Assembly (NCBI GenBank): GCA_013335095.1
Contig: JAAXWF010000002.1
Location: forward strand, 80,516-144,515
Origin: a candidate division WWE3 bacterium
GTDB lineage: Bacteria; Patescibacteriota; 4484-211; GCA-002791395
Direction: 5' to 3'
DNA: 64,000 nucleotides
The position numbers and the translations under genes were made by a program. Position 1 is the stretch's first letter. Every line of letters starts with the position of its first letter. Shown piece by piece: positions 40,615-50,808 of the stretch. A model generated the notes under the pieces. The model was not told the DNA's origin, made no database searches, and saw only the letters and a list, made by a program, of their open reading frames with translations.

Positions 40615-40887
40615 TTACTCACCGTTGTTGTTTTGGTTACGCTCAGGACGAGCTTCATTAACAACCAATGGGCGACCACCAAAATCCTTCTCATGAAACA
40701 TTTGAATAGCTGCTTGAGCAGCTTCTGGAGTTGCCATTTCAACAAACCCAAAACCGCGACTTCTTCCAGTATCACGATCAAGAATAACTTTAGCTGACTT
40801 TACTTCACCAGCTGCTGAAAAAGCTTGCATGAGCTCTTCATCAGTAGTCGAAAACGGCAGATTACCAATATATAGTCGTAAATTCAT
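40615..40887 (-). CDS. RRM (RNP-1) RNA-binding protein
   Basis: LYIGNL (RNP2), DRDTGRSRGFGFVEM (RNP1), LVVNEARP; SD AAGGGGGTGA. Confidence 0.95.
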   Translation of the reverse strand: MNLRLYIGNLPFSTTDEELMQAFSAAGEVKSAKVILDRDTGRSRGFGFVEMATPEAAQAAIQMFHEKDFGGRPLVVNEARPERNQNNNGE

Positions 40888-41147
40888 CGTTGATCACCCC
40901 CTTTCGGGCAGCAATACTCTATCTAAGATTTGAAAAGAAGTCACGGAGAAACCATCGAAAGTAAGGTTAATTACGTCAATCATCGAAACCAAATAACAAC
41001 ACTCTTAAACAATAGTCTTATTATAGCGCACATACATATTTCAATCTAGTCAATCTCAAAAGTGCTCACACATACACAAGAAAAAACAACGCGCGATTAA
41101 AATATTTTAAAAATCATGAAACATTCTTTCGCTTCAGTAATTACACT

Positions 41148-41723
41148 CTACGTGATCAAATTTCTAAATAGATCCAAAAATTTGGGATAATTAATATAGT
41201 AGATAAATCCAGTAAAAAGCATCAACCCGGGGAATATCACCGATTTTTCAAACATACCACCGGCTTTAACTCGTAGAGCTTTAACTGGGGGGAACCCAAA
41301 ATTCCATGGCAAGGGAAAGAGTAGCGGAACGCCTTCCTTGGTAAACGTGTCCATAAAAATATGCGAAACGAGTCCGATCATAAACGCCCACCACACCACA
41401 TTCATATCGACTACTAAAATATGCGCAATAGAACTTAGCAGCCATTGCATACCGATGCCAATAATAACTATTCCGACAATAGAGTGAGCGATCATTCGAT
41501 GTCCTCCAAAGAGTGGACTTAGAATTCTCCCCCAAATACTGCCCGCAGGAATACGCCGCCAGAGGTCAGAGGTGGGTTGATCAAGATCAGGGGCTAACCC
41601 GCCAATAAAATTAGCCGCCAATGAAACCAGCATTGTCGCCATGGTCATTTGAGGAAGGGGAGTATAAGCAGCAACGATGCTTAAGGTCGTAAATGCCGCT
41701 AAATCATGAGTTCGGGCTACCAT
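41148..41723 (-). CDS. Membrane-bound metal-dependent hydrolase (YdjM-like)
   Basis: MVARTH, APDLD, GHRMIAHS, SHIFMDTFTKEGVPLLFP; start ATG 41723 with TGcTAGACT 7 nt upstream. Confidence 0.88.
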   Translation of the reverse strand: MVARTHDLAAFTTLSIVAAYTPLPQMTMATMLVSLAANFIGGLAPDLDQPTSDLWRRIPAGSIWGRILSPLFGGHRMIAHSIVGIVIIGIGMQWLLSSIAHILVVDMNVVWWAFMIGLVSHIFMDTFTKEGVPLLFPLPWNFGFPPVKALRVKAGGMFEKSVIFPGLMLFTGFIYYINYPKFLDLFRNLIT

Positions 41724-41794
41724 ACCATTTAGTCTAGCATAAATAATACGTGACAAAATTTGCTTTTTTAATTGAGGATATCGGTGTTTAAGTG

Positions 41795-41825
41795 AAAAGT
41801 ACCCCGGACTTATCGCCAGGGGTAC
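41795..41825 (-). terminator. Rho-independent terminator of 41843-43009
   Basis: GTACCCCTGG-8 nt-CCGGGGTAC then TTTT. Confidence 0.7.
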
Positions 41826-41842
41826 AGGGAACTATATTGCTC

Positions 41843-43009
41843 CTACAGGGTTCGAGGACGCATTAATGCGAGCATGGCTTCGTTTCCCTGATGCTCTCTC
41901 CGGCGTTCCTCATCACACTCCTGAGTACGCTGATTGTAAGCAGTAATCGCAATTCGAATTGCATCAAGGGTTGCAACCGCCCAATCTTCAGACAGCATGC
42001 GCTGAGCTGCTGATAGCATCCGTTCGTCATACACGCCGAATCGACTCAGATTGGTAACAGCAATGCTGGATTCGACTAATTGACGACGAATAGATGATAA
42101 CTCAGGACGATCGGCTGCATACAGATAGACCGAAGCAACCGTATGGGTATCGATAAAACGCACCCCATCAGGCCACTCTAGTTCCAGTAGAAACGCGATC
42201 TGTGCCATTATCAGTTCCCAGTCATACCGGGAACCATCAGTACGATCGACCGACCTTTCCAGCGTGTATATAAACCACGGCAAAATGAGTTCATCATCAC
42301 GTGGCAAGATTCCGTTGTAAGACAACTGCTCAACGATCAACTGCTGAACGTGCTGATTTGCCCGAGCCCTCCATTCACGAGGGGTGAGAGGATCAAGCAT
42401 AAGATCCTCAAACGGCCACCACATATCTTCCATCCCGCCATACACGGGTGTGCCCAAATCATATACAAGAAACATCCTCTCGGCTAACTCAGGATTAGCA
42501 CGAGAATGAATGCCTCGTATTATCTGGCTATACCGAATCAATAGCCAACGAGCCCGATCTCCAAATCGCTCGGGATGCTGATGAACCCATCCCGCGAAGA
42601 GCTCAATTAAGACCGCACACCACCCAATCAAACGATCGGGGATTTTGCTGCAGTCAAGCGAGTAATACGTTAAGAGACTTTCCGACGCCCCATATTGGGC
42701 AATGTCCCAATTTACGAAGGGCTGAACGAGATTCAAATCTGGTGCGAGCAATAGTAACAATGCCCGCGCACCAAACCCGACATCATACCGATCTGGCTGA
42801 CTATATAAATCAACCAGGTCGTGTAGGCTACGTGACTTATGCAAAAGCCAGCGGCGCCAAATTGAATGTTGGGTCTTAAGGATCAATTGTTCCTTAAGTG
42901 CATTACGCCAAAGAGCAACAAGCTGCTTATACACAGCGCGATCCCGTTGTGGTAAGACCCATCCCTGAAGAACCAACCGGAAGTCAGTACCCGAATGCAT
43001 GCGAAGCAT
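41843..43009 (-). CDS. Hypothetical helical orphan protein
   Basis: Long ORF; AAGGAGG SD before ATG 43009; TGtTAGAAT at ~43055-43063; own terminator. Confidence 0.7.
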   Translation of the reverse strand: MLRMHSGTDFRLVLQGWVLPQRDRAVYKQLVALWRNALKEQLILKTQHSIWRRWLLHKSRSLHDLVDLYSQPDRYDVGFGARALLLLLAPDLNLVQPFVNWDIAQYGASESLLTYYSLDCSKIPDRLIGWCAVLIELFAGWVHQHPERFGDRARWLLIRYSQIIRGIHSRANPELAERMFLVYDLGTPVYGGMEDMWWPFEDLMLDPLTPREWRARANQHVQQLIVEQLSYNGILPRDDELILPWFIYTLERSVDRTDGSRYDWELIMAQIAFLLELEWPDGVRFIDTHTVASVYLYAADRPELSSIRRQLVESSIAVTNLSRFGVYDERMLSAAQRMLSEDWAVATLDAIRIAITAYNQRTQECDEERRREHQGNEAMLALMRPRTL

Positions 43010-43125
43010 AGCTCCTCCTTGTCCTAACACCAACCAGAATGGAACAATATGCGCATTCTAACACGGCTTGCTTATATTTGGACGGGATGTTGTACAATAG
43101 AGCCTGGCCGAGAGGCCGTTTTTTT

Positions 43126-44970
43126 ATGATTGATCCGAAAACAATACGAAACATCGCCATAATAGCTCACGTCGACCACGGTAAAACGACTTTGGTAGAC
43201 GGATTACTAAAGCAGTCGAAGATATTCCGTGAGAATGAAGCCGAAATGCAACAGACAACAATACTCGATTCAAATACCCTTGAACGCGAACGAGGAATCA
43301 CTATCTTGGCTAAAAATACTGCAGTTGAATGGAATGGCGTAAAAATTAACATCATCGATACTCCCGGACACGCAGATTTCAGCGGTGAGGTTGAACGTGT
43401 TTTAAATATGGCTGATGGTGTACTTCTTATAGTTGATGCCGCAGAAGGGGTAATGGCACAAACAAGGTACGTACTAAAACTTGCCCTTGAAGCTGAACTA
43501 ACTCCGATTGTTGTGGTAAATAAAATCGATCGTAAAGACCAAAGAATCGCTCAAGTTCGCCAAGAAGTCGAGAATCTTTTCTTGGAGCTGGCAAAAAATG
43601 AAAGCCAACTCAACTTCCCATTACTCTATTCGATTGGCCGAGATGGCATTGCTGGCCACACGGTTCAACCTGATCATGATGGGGCATTACAAATAATTGA
43701 TAGTACCGATTTAACCCCATTATTTGAAACAATCATCGATGTAATACACTCACCCGAGGGCGAAGTCGATAAACCATTCCAGATGCAAGTCACCAGCCTC
43801 GATTATGATGACTACAAGGGTAAGTATGTTATTGGGAGAATTCGTCGCGGAGTAATACGAAAAGGCGAACCGCTTGCAGTAGTCAATGATACGGGTATTA
43901 CAGAGCAGGGGAAATGTGATTATTTGTTCACCTATAAAGGCCTCCATAAACAAGAAACCGAAGAAGCCGGAATCGGCGATATAATCGCGATAGCGGGTTT
44001 ATCAAAGGCAAATATCGGCGACACGATAACGCTCAAGGATACTCCAGAACCCTTAGAGACCCTTCATATCAGCGAACCTACGGTAAAAATCGGAATGTGG
44101 GTCAACACCTCTCCTTATGCAGGTAAAGAAGGACAATTCACCACATCACGACAAATTCGCGCACGACTTGATAAAGAATTAGAAACAAATGTGAGCCTAC
44201 AGGTTTCTGATAGTGAACAAGGTGAAGGGTTTATTATTGCCGGAAGAGGCGAGCTTCATCTATCAATATTAATCGAAACCATGCGACGTGAAGGCTATGA
44301 ATTTGCGGTTTCGAGTCCAGAAGTTATTCTTAAAAAAGATGATTCAGGAACACTTACCGAACCGTTTGAAATGCTCTTTATTGAAGTACCAACCGAACAT
44401 GTTGGTGCAATTACCACAGAAATGGGACTTCGAAAAGCACGATTGATTAACATGATTACCGAAGGTGATAAGGTCAAATTCGAATATGAAATTTCTACCC
44501 GAAATTTACTAGGATTTCGCAGCCGTGTCGTAACACAAACCTCAGGCAGAGCACTCGTAAACAGTTTATTCCTGGGCTATCAACCAGCCGGAGAATTATC
44601 ACAAATCGAGCGCAACGGAGTACTAATTGCGGGAGATACCGGAGTATCGACAACATACAGTTTAAACAACGTACAAGAACGTGGTGAAACAATAATTGGA
44701 CCAAGCGTTGATGTGTATACGGGAATGATCGTTGGGATAAATAACAAAAAAGAAGATTTGGTAATTAATGTGACCAAAGAGAAAAAACTCACCAACACCC
44801 GGAGCTCTACTGCCGACATGGCCGTAAAACTAAGCCCACCGCGAGTTTTAACGCTCGAACAGATGTTAAACTTTTTGGCTAAAGACGAGCTTCTTGAAGT
44901 AACCCCGCTAAATCTGAGACTTCGTAAAAGACTTCTCGATGAAACACAACGTCGTCGAAACAAACAATAA
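43126..44970 (+). CDS. typA: Translational GTPase TypA/BipA
   Basis: RNIAIIAHVDHGKTTLVD, ERERGITILAKN, DTPGHADF, NKID, GRGELHLSILIETMRREGYE, KKLTN.RS, DELLEVTP..LRLRK. Start set at ATG 43126. Confidence 0.97.
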   Translation: MIDPKTIRNIAIIAHVDHGKTTLVDGLLKQSKIFRENEAEMQQTTILDSNTLERERGITILAKNTAVEWNGVKINIIDTPGHADFSGEVERVLNMADGVLLIVDAAEGVMAQTRYVLKLALEAELTPIVVVNKIDRKDQRIAQVRQEVENLFLELAKNESQLNFPLLYSIGRDGIAGHTVQPDHDGALQIIDSTDLTPLFETIIDVIHSPEGEVDKPFQMQVTSLDYDDYKGKYVIGRIRRGVIRKGEPLAVVNDTGITEQGKCDYLFTYKGLHKQETEEAGIGDIIAIAGLSKANIGDTITLKDTPEPLETLHISEPTVKIGMWVNTSPYAGKEGQFTTSRQIRARLDKELETNVSLQVSDSEQGEGFIIAGRGELHLSILIETMRREGYEFAVSSPEVILKKDDSGTLTEPFEMLFIEVPTEHVGAITTEMGLRKARLINMITEGDKVKFEYEISTRNLLGFRSRVVTQTSGRALVNSLFLGYQPAGELSQIERNGVLIAGDTGVSTTYSLNNVQERGETIIGPSVDVYTGMIVGINNKKEDLVINVTKEKKLTNTRSSTADMAVKLSPPRVLTLEQMLNFLAKDELLEVTPLNLRLRKRLLDETQRRRNKQ

Positions 44971-45041
44971 TACGCGTTCCAGACCGGATTCATTTGTGGT
45001 AGCATAAACGACAGATAGATTTTTCTTTCAAAATTATTACC

Positions 45042-46406
45042 ATGGCAAAAGCATCAATGACTGTTCTTACGATACGAGAAGCGGAAATATTCGCCCATCA
45101 GTACAATCAGGACGGACATGAAATACAAACTGTAGAGATACCGATTGAAGCAGGAAATATCGCAGAAGCGTTCACCCGCTTAAAAAAAGAGCTGTCGTTT
45201 CATCATGCCCGGGTATTTTTACCAGAAGATAAGACATTTCTTATTACCACCCACGTTGATTTTAATACCGAAAATATCCGAGAGATTATAAACAAACAGC
45301 TTACCGAGACCGTAACTGAACCGATCGATAATTTGATTTACGATTATCAAACCGTCGGCAAGAATAGTCAGGGATTAGTTATTCAAGCCATAGTAACGGT
45401 TAAAAGTTATTTGCACGAACTAGAAGATGCTGCCGCCACCGCCGGATTTGACATCGAAAAAACCGAACCGATGTCATTTGCCCTAGCTCGAGAAACCTCG
45501 GATTCACCGTCACCCCACCTAATCGTTTACGTTGATTCACAAGTTCACTTAGCGGTAGCTCATGGCGGTCGGGTATTCACATCGCTTGCCACGTATTCAT
45601 ATAAATATTTGGTGCAGCAATGCCATGACCTAATCTCGTTTACCCAAAATCACTACAATGTTGAGATAAAAAATCTAATAACGAACCGCAATCGCCCCGA
45701 GATTCAACAAGTCGCCGAAGCACTACAATTAACAATTTCTACACACAATTTTGAACCTGCACAAAGCCTAGCTCAAAGTGGAAAAGAGGAAAAACGAGAA
45801 GATGCAATGCCATTTGACCTTAAAAACGCCACAGATGAAGAAAAAGCAAAAAAAATTAAATCCGCAAAGATCTCAAAACGTACATACTACCCACCCCATA
45901 AACCGAAGAAGTCGTATTCTGGAGGAGTTGTTACCAGTGCTCTTGCCTTTTTAATTGGAGCCGGACTGATGTTTTCTGGTGGTGTATTTGTATATGACAC
46001 ATTTTTCGATAAACCAGAACAAATCCCATCGGTGTTGTCGGCCCAACCTACCGAAAAAGCAACAGTAACACAGCCGACATCACTACCAACCGCCACACCA
46101 ACCCTGACCCCGACGCCTATTCCAAATCGAACCGAACTCCATGTTAAAGTTCTTAATGGAAACGGCGGTGTAGGAATCGCAGCCAAAGCAAAACAATTAT
46201 TACTATCTAAAGGGTATACCTCAATAGAAACGGGAAATGCCGGTCGCTATGATTATCCTAAAACCGAAATACAGTTAAAACCCTCAAAAGCGTATTATTA
46301 CCAGACGATAGCACAGGACTTAAGCGGTACATATGAAGTGACCCAAGGAACACCCTTAGATACCAATAATTCAGTTGATGTCGTTATTATTATTGGGGAA
46401 AAATAA
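45042..46406 (+). CDS. PilM-like cytoplasmic domain + TM + PT linker + LytR C-terminal domain
   Basis: VFLPEDKTF, LIYDYQ, AGFDIEKTEPMSFALAR (PilM-like); VKVLNGNGGVGIAAK..TGNA..DVVIIIG (LytR_C). Confidence 0.7.
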   Translation: MAKASMTVLTIREAEIFAHQYNQDGHEIQTVEIPIEAGNIAEAFTRLKKELSFHHARVFLPEDKTFLITTHVDFNTENIREIINKQLTETVTEPIDNLIYDYQTVGKNSQGLVIQAIVTVKSYLHELEDAAATAGFDIEKTEPMSFALARETSDSPSPHLIVYVDSQVHLAVAHGGRVFTSLATYSYKYLVQQCHDLISFTQNHYNVEIKNLITNRNRPEIQQVAEALQLTISTHNFEPAQSLAQSGKEEKREDAMPFDLKNATDEEKAKKIKSAKISKRTYYPPHKPKKSYSGGVVTSALAFLIGAGLMFSGGVFVYDTFFDKPEQIPSVLSAQPTEKATVTQPTSLPTATPTLTPTPIPNRTELHVKVLNGNGGVGIAAKAKQLLLSKGYTSIETGNAGRYDYPKTEIQLKPSKAYYYQTIAQDLSGTYEVTQGTPLDTNNSVDVVIIIGEK

Positions 46407-46407
46407 T

Positions 46408-46719
46408 CTATCTCAAATCAAAATCTTCATCAAAAGAGGTCGGGGAAGTAGTTTCTGTTTGTTCTTTTGTAGTTACCGTAGGAGCTTCAAGTGTTTGGAC
46501 ACGTACAACTGTGCCATCTTGTAACATTACTTTAATTCCACGCGGATGAAACGGTTTACTGGTTAATATCCGCTGAACAGTACCGCTAGTCAAAACACCT
46601 GATGCATAGTTCCTCTTTTCGAGGCCCCACACGGTGGTTCCAATCGCGATAGCACTGCGAGGAGGAACAGAGGCGGCTTGTTCTTGTTTATCTCTATACA
46701 ACATAAGAGTAGTGATCAT
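46408..46719 (-). CDS. YwbE (DUF2196) family protein
   Basis: LTSGTVQRILTSKPFHPRGIKVMLQDG..RVQ. Confidence 0.85.
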   Translation of the reverse strand: MITTLMLYRDKQEQAASVPPRSAIAIGTTVWGLEKRNYASGVLTSGTVQRILTSKPFHPRGIKVMLQDGTVVRVQTLEAPTVTTKEQTETTSPTSFDEDFDLR

Positions 46720-46768
46720 TATATATCGTAAAACATTAAGATAACTATATGTACGGTAAAATAAAAAT

Positions 46769-47662
46769 ATGAACGATGATCATCGCTTAATATTACTTAT
46801 AATTAACCCCAATTCAGGCAGTACCGATCCCTCAAAATTAGAGCACCTTGCCGATGAATATCGGCAAAGATATTCGAGAAAAATTCGAACATTACACTTA
46901 AAAGATGATACAGATCTCAAAGGGGTAGTTACTGAATATAAACAGAATGGCTACCACGAATTCTGGGTTGCTGGGGGAGACGGGACAATTGATTCGGTAG
47001 CAAGTGTGATAGACCCACAATCAGATCTAATTGGAATAATTCCCGGTGGAACCGGGAATATGATTGGCAAAGTTCTAAAGATCCCCGAAAACCCTAAAGC
47101 CGCAATGGAAATATTGCTGAATTCAAAAAAAACAATACTACTCGATGCAATGAATGTAAACGGTAAGGTGGGTTTTCTACAAGTCAGTTGTGGACTTAGC
47201 TCAAAAGCGATCCGACAAACTTCCAATACGGATAAAAGTCGACTAGGCATCCTCGCCTATATCTGGGCAGGATTGAAAGCATTTAAATCAGTCCGACCAC
47301 AAACGTATATGCTTTCGATTGATGGGAAAAAACAATCAATCAAAGCAATAGAAGTAGTAATTGCCAATATTGGATCAATCGGAGATTCGAATGTTACATT
47401 TACCGAAACCGTCGATCCAACTGATAAAAAACTAGATATTTTTATTGTTCCGGATCAACGCATAAATACAATAACTCGAGCGATTCACGGATTGTTTGAT
47501 AAACAGAGTACGTACTGGAAGTCTTATTCGCTCGGTCAATCAAAATCGATAACTATTAATTCCAAGGTAACAATTCCCGTACAGATGGATGGAGATGAGA
47601 TCGGTCAAACACCTATTTCAATACAAATAAGTTCCCAACAATATCGCTTTATCGCCCAATAG
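46769..47662 (+). CDS. Diacylglycerol/lipid kinase family (YegS/DAGK-like)
   Basis: IINPNSG, AGGDGT, IPGGTGN, QMDGD. Confidence 0.92.
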   Translation: MNDDHRLILLIINPNSGSTDPSKLEHLADEYRQRYSRKIRTLHLKDDTDLKGVVTEYKQNGYHEFWVAGGDGTIDSVASVIDPQSDLIGIIPGGTGNMIGKVLKIPENPKAAMEILLNSKKTILLDAMNVNGKVGFLQVSCGLSSKAIRQTSNTDKSRLGILAYIWAGLKAFKSVRPQTYMLSIDGKKQSIKAIEVVIANIGSIGDSNVTFTETVDPTDKKLDIFIVPDQRINTITRAIHGLFDKQSTYWKSYSLGQSKSITINSKVTIPVQMDGDEIGQTPISIQISSQQYRFIAQ

Positions 47663-47680
47663 AGAATCCACAAACGGAAG

Positions 47681-48112
47681 CTATGGCGTAGGTGAAGTAC
47701 CAGAACAGGTTAATACAAATTCACCAGTACTTGTATGATATGTCCAATACTTGGTACCTGATTGCCCAGATGGGCATGTTTCTTTTTGAGAGGTGAGTCG
47801 TACATATGCGATAGCAGTGGCACCACTCCCATCGACCTCAATCGTAACGTCGGTTAATGCATTTTTTAAATGTCGACTATTCACTAATCCAGCCATTGAA
47901 AGCCCTGCATAAGAAGCTCCATTACTAAAATAATAAGTGCTCATCGCACTCGCGACCTGACCTAGATCGCTTTTTCGATCAGCATCATTGGCATTAGCAA
48001 ATTTCTCAACCGGATCGATTGCGATAAGAACGACTGCGGCCATAATACTGCCAACAGCAATCACGACCATAAGTTCAATTAAGGTAAAACCGCTGCGATT
48101 AATACCGATCAT
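47681..48112 (-). CDS. Type IV pilin-like protein
   Basis: Class III signal SG|FTLIELMVVI, then IDP..K..AND..RKSDL; C-terminal Cys pair. Confidence 0.9.
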   Translation of the reverse strand: MIGINRSGFTLIELMVVIAVGSIMAAVVLIAIDPVEKFANANDADRKSDLGQVASAMSTYYFSNGASYAGLSMAGLVNSRHLKNALTDVTIEVDGSGATAIAYVRLTSQKETCPSGQSGTKYWTYHTSTGEFVLTCSGTSPTP

Positions 48113-48182
48113 CAGTATCTCAAGTATCGTATGTTTTTAGGCAGATGTCAAAAAAATCAAGCAATAATGGTATACTTTTTTT

Positions 48183-48797
48183 ATGATCAGACTGATGATT
48201 GTAGACTTGGATGGTGTCCTTTTGTACGGTAGATATTTTTCTGATCGACTTGGGGAGAAATATGGAATCCCACGGACTGAGATTGTTGAAGTATTAAAAA
48301 CATCGATAAATAATGCGAAAAAAACCAATGAACCAACCTTTCGAATGTGGGAACCGTATCTAAAAAAATGGCATGTACCGTTATCAGAGAATGACTTCTT
48401 TTCTTTATGGTTTGAAGGTGATCTTGAGATTCCAGAAAATATTGCTTTTTTTTCTAATTTCGTGCTGAGCATCGAAAATGTTGTAGTTCTCGCAAATAAT
48501 TTTAGAGAACGAAGTGAGTATATTAAACAACGAGTTACATCGCTTCAGACATTTGATGCCGTTTATTTTTCAAATGAAATAGGTTTTACTAAAGATGAGC
48601 CCCAATGCTTTACGTATGTGATGGATCACTACGGTGTAAGTGTAGATGAAACAGTCGTCATAGATAGTTCCGAATTAGTGATAAAGACAGCTCAACAATT
48701 AGGAATACATACTATTCAATATGAAAATTTGAATAAAGTTTCGGTACAACTACGTGAATTTGGGCTTTATACCGAGCTAAATACTACTCATTTATAA
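48183..48797 (+). CDS. HAD-superfamily hydrolase
   Basis: IVDLDGVL, LANN, FSNEIGFTK, VIDS...AQQLGI. Confidence 0.85.
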   Translation: MIRLMIVDLDGVLLYGRYFSDRLGEKYGIPRTEIVEVLKTSINNAKKTNEPTFRMWEPYLKKWHVPLSENDFFSLWFEGDLEIPENIAFFSNFVLSIENVVVLANNFRERSEYIKQRVTSLQTFDAVYFSNEIGFTKDEPQCFTYVMDHYGVSVDETVVIDSSELVIKTAQQLGIHTIQYENLNKVSVQLREFGLYTELNTTHL

Positions 48798-48817
48798 TAT
48801 GCTATAGTAAGCTAATC

Positions 48818-49444
48818 GTGGCTCGTTTATCTTTCGTATCAACGATTAATCGAATCAAGGCATCGGGATTAACTCAGATTTATCTTTTAGGTGGAATTGT
48901 CTTACTTATTGTAATAAACGAATACATCGGTGACGTATTATTTTTCCTCATAAGTAACCAATCAATAGAACGACTTTTATCCAGTGCTTTTAATATAGCT
49001 CTACCATTTCTATATTTTCCCTTATTAACTTTATTGATTATCAAATTGATCCAGAGAGATTTCATGATCGGATTAATAACGTTTATCAGTGGAATCGTTT
49101 TATTCAGTCGAAGTTTTATAATTCATGACTTAACCGCAATCTGGATTACAATATTGGTCCTCGCCGTTACAACCGGGTGGGGAACATATTTAATACGAAT
49201 CAATAAACCTCTCGTACTAAATCTACCCAGCATTCGTTATATGGACTTATTGAAAAAATCACTTAGTAACGCAGTAATCATCATATTCGTATGCATTTTC
49301 ATAATTATGTATTTACATCATAGTTTTGCATTCTCAAGAACAGCAAAAAATCTAATCGGGTTATTAGAAGCAGCTCCGACGATTTACATACTATTAATGT
49401 ATTATAAAGAAGTGTTTGTGAATCGTTCTTCTGACCCTTCATAA
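48818..49444 (+). CDS. Hypothetical multi-TM membrane protein
   Basis: About six hydrophobic segments; TGcTATAGT upstream of the GTG start. Confidence 0.65.
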   Translation: MARLSFVSTINRIKASGLTQIYLLGGIVLLIVINEYIGDVLFFLISNQSIERLLSSAFNIALPFLYFPLLTLLIIKLIQRDFMIGLITFISGIVLFSRSFIIHDLTAIWITILVLAVTTGWGTYLIRINKPLVLNLPSIRYMDLLKKSLSNAVIIIFVCIFIIMYLHHSFAFSRTAKNLIGLLEAAPTIYILLMYYKEVFVNRSSDPS

Positions 49445-49474
49445 ATTCAATGAACTTCGGCGTATTTTTTCATA

Positions 49475-50803
49475 ATGATTAAGAGGTATATAATACTAAT
49501 TATTAGTGCGGTTTTATTGTTAGGGGGATTGTATGTACGATGGTCAAACTTGTTTCATGTCGGATTTTACTATGACACTGTAGACTACTTTTATCGATGG
49601 GGTAATACGGCTCGAGAATGGGGATTTGCCAATTTCTGGAAGAATTACACTGGAGAGATGGATTATGTTCCTGGAAGTTTGTACCTATTAACCGGAATAA
49701 GTTTCATCAGTACGTACTTTAAGAATAGTAGTCCAGAAGCGTTTGTAGCAACGTTAAAAATAGTTCTGTTTATAGCCGACATATGTTTATCCTATGTCTT
49801 CTACGTAATTCTTCGACTTTTTGCCAAGACATCAAAACAAGTCGCACTTCTTGTCGCGAGTATCATATTTGTAATACCCCCGCTATGGTTTGTTTCAGGT
49901 GTGATAGGACAGATCGATACGCTCGTTTCACTCTGTGGTATTGCGGGTATCGTATGTTTCTACATTGCTGATACGAGCATACTCTCAAAGCGTGATTACC
50001 GTTTCTGGGCATTGATATCAGGCATCTTAATCGCACTAAGTTTTTGGCTAAAGATGCTCATCATCCTAATTGCACCAGCCGCGTTTGTATTATTCATCAC
50101 GGTTAAAAACAAAAAGGTGCTTGGATACGCCTTATTATCGTTCTTAATTACAACCCTTCTTATTCTAGCGATCCCATTCCAATCAAACCCAACAAGAGTA
50201 ATGAGTACCTTATTAGTTCCTCAGACTCGGTTTAATACCACAACAAATGGAGCGTCTAATTTCTGGGCAGCGATAGGATATTTTGGCGACTCCCGTCACG
50301 TCATCTTTCAAACAAAGAGCATCTCACTTCGTCCCGATAATATTGGGTTAATAATCTATGTAACGACTTCATTGCTGTTGATTGCATTAGCATTACGGTC
50401 GTATATAACGTCAAAGGAAAAAGTAACAATCTCGTTTCATAACTTCTGCTGGATAACATCGGTTACATCATTTGCGTTTTTTTTATTTATGGTGAAAGTA
50501 GCGGCACGATATCTTCATATCACGGCGTTATTTATTATTATTACGATGGTATTAACCAAATCAAGTAAAGAAAAATTTACACTATTGATTTTAACTGCAA
50601 TTCTGGAAGGAACATATTTTCTCAATTTAATCGGAGGTTATACATGGTGGAAATACACCCAACCATTGTGGCCGAGTCTATTATTCCAGTCACTGCATTT
50701 CGATGTAGCAAGAGTTTGTGCTCAGATAAATGTAGCGTTGTTTATTACAGTGCTTGCAATTGGTATAAAACATTTTCTGCAAACTATGCAAACAAATAGA
50801 TAG
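49475..50803 (+). CDS. GT-C fold polytopic membrane glycosyltransferase (GT87/mannosyltransferase-like)
   Basis: DTVDYF..W, MDYVPGSLY, GQID, NASNFW-like GASNFW, ARYL; about 11 TM segments. Confidence 0.7.
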   Translation: MIKRYIILIISAVLLLGGLYVRWSNLFHVGFYYDTVDYFYRWGNTAREWGFANFWKNYTGEMDYVPGSLYLLTGISFISTYFKNSSPEAFVATLKIVLFIADICLSYVFYVILRLFAKTSKQVALLVASIIFVIPPLWFVSGVIGQIDTLVSLCGIAGIVCFYIADTSILSKRDYRFWALISGILIALSFWLKMLIILIAPAAFVLFITVKNKKVLGYALLSFLITTLLILAIPFQSNPTRVMSTLLVPQTRFNTTTNGASNFWAAIGYFGDSRHVIFQTKSISLRPDNIGLIIYVTTSLLLIALALRSYITSKEKVTISFHNFCWITSVTSFAFFLFMVKVAARYLHITALFIIITMVLTKSSKEKFTLLILTAILEGTYFLNLIGGYTWWKYTQPLWPSLLFQSLHFDVARVCAQINVALFITVLAIGIKHFLQTMQTNR

Positions 50804-50808
50804 TCAAA

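Noticed and set aside
43039-43125. Extended typA N-terminus from the ORF track (similarly the longer starts at 1475, 41756, 43033, 52120, 56646 and 59269)
   Set aside because: These extensions cover promoter or SD elements; homology and initiation signals fit the downstream starts
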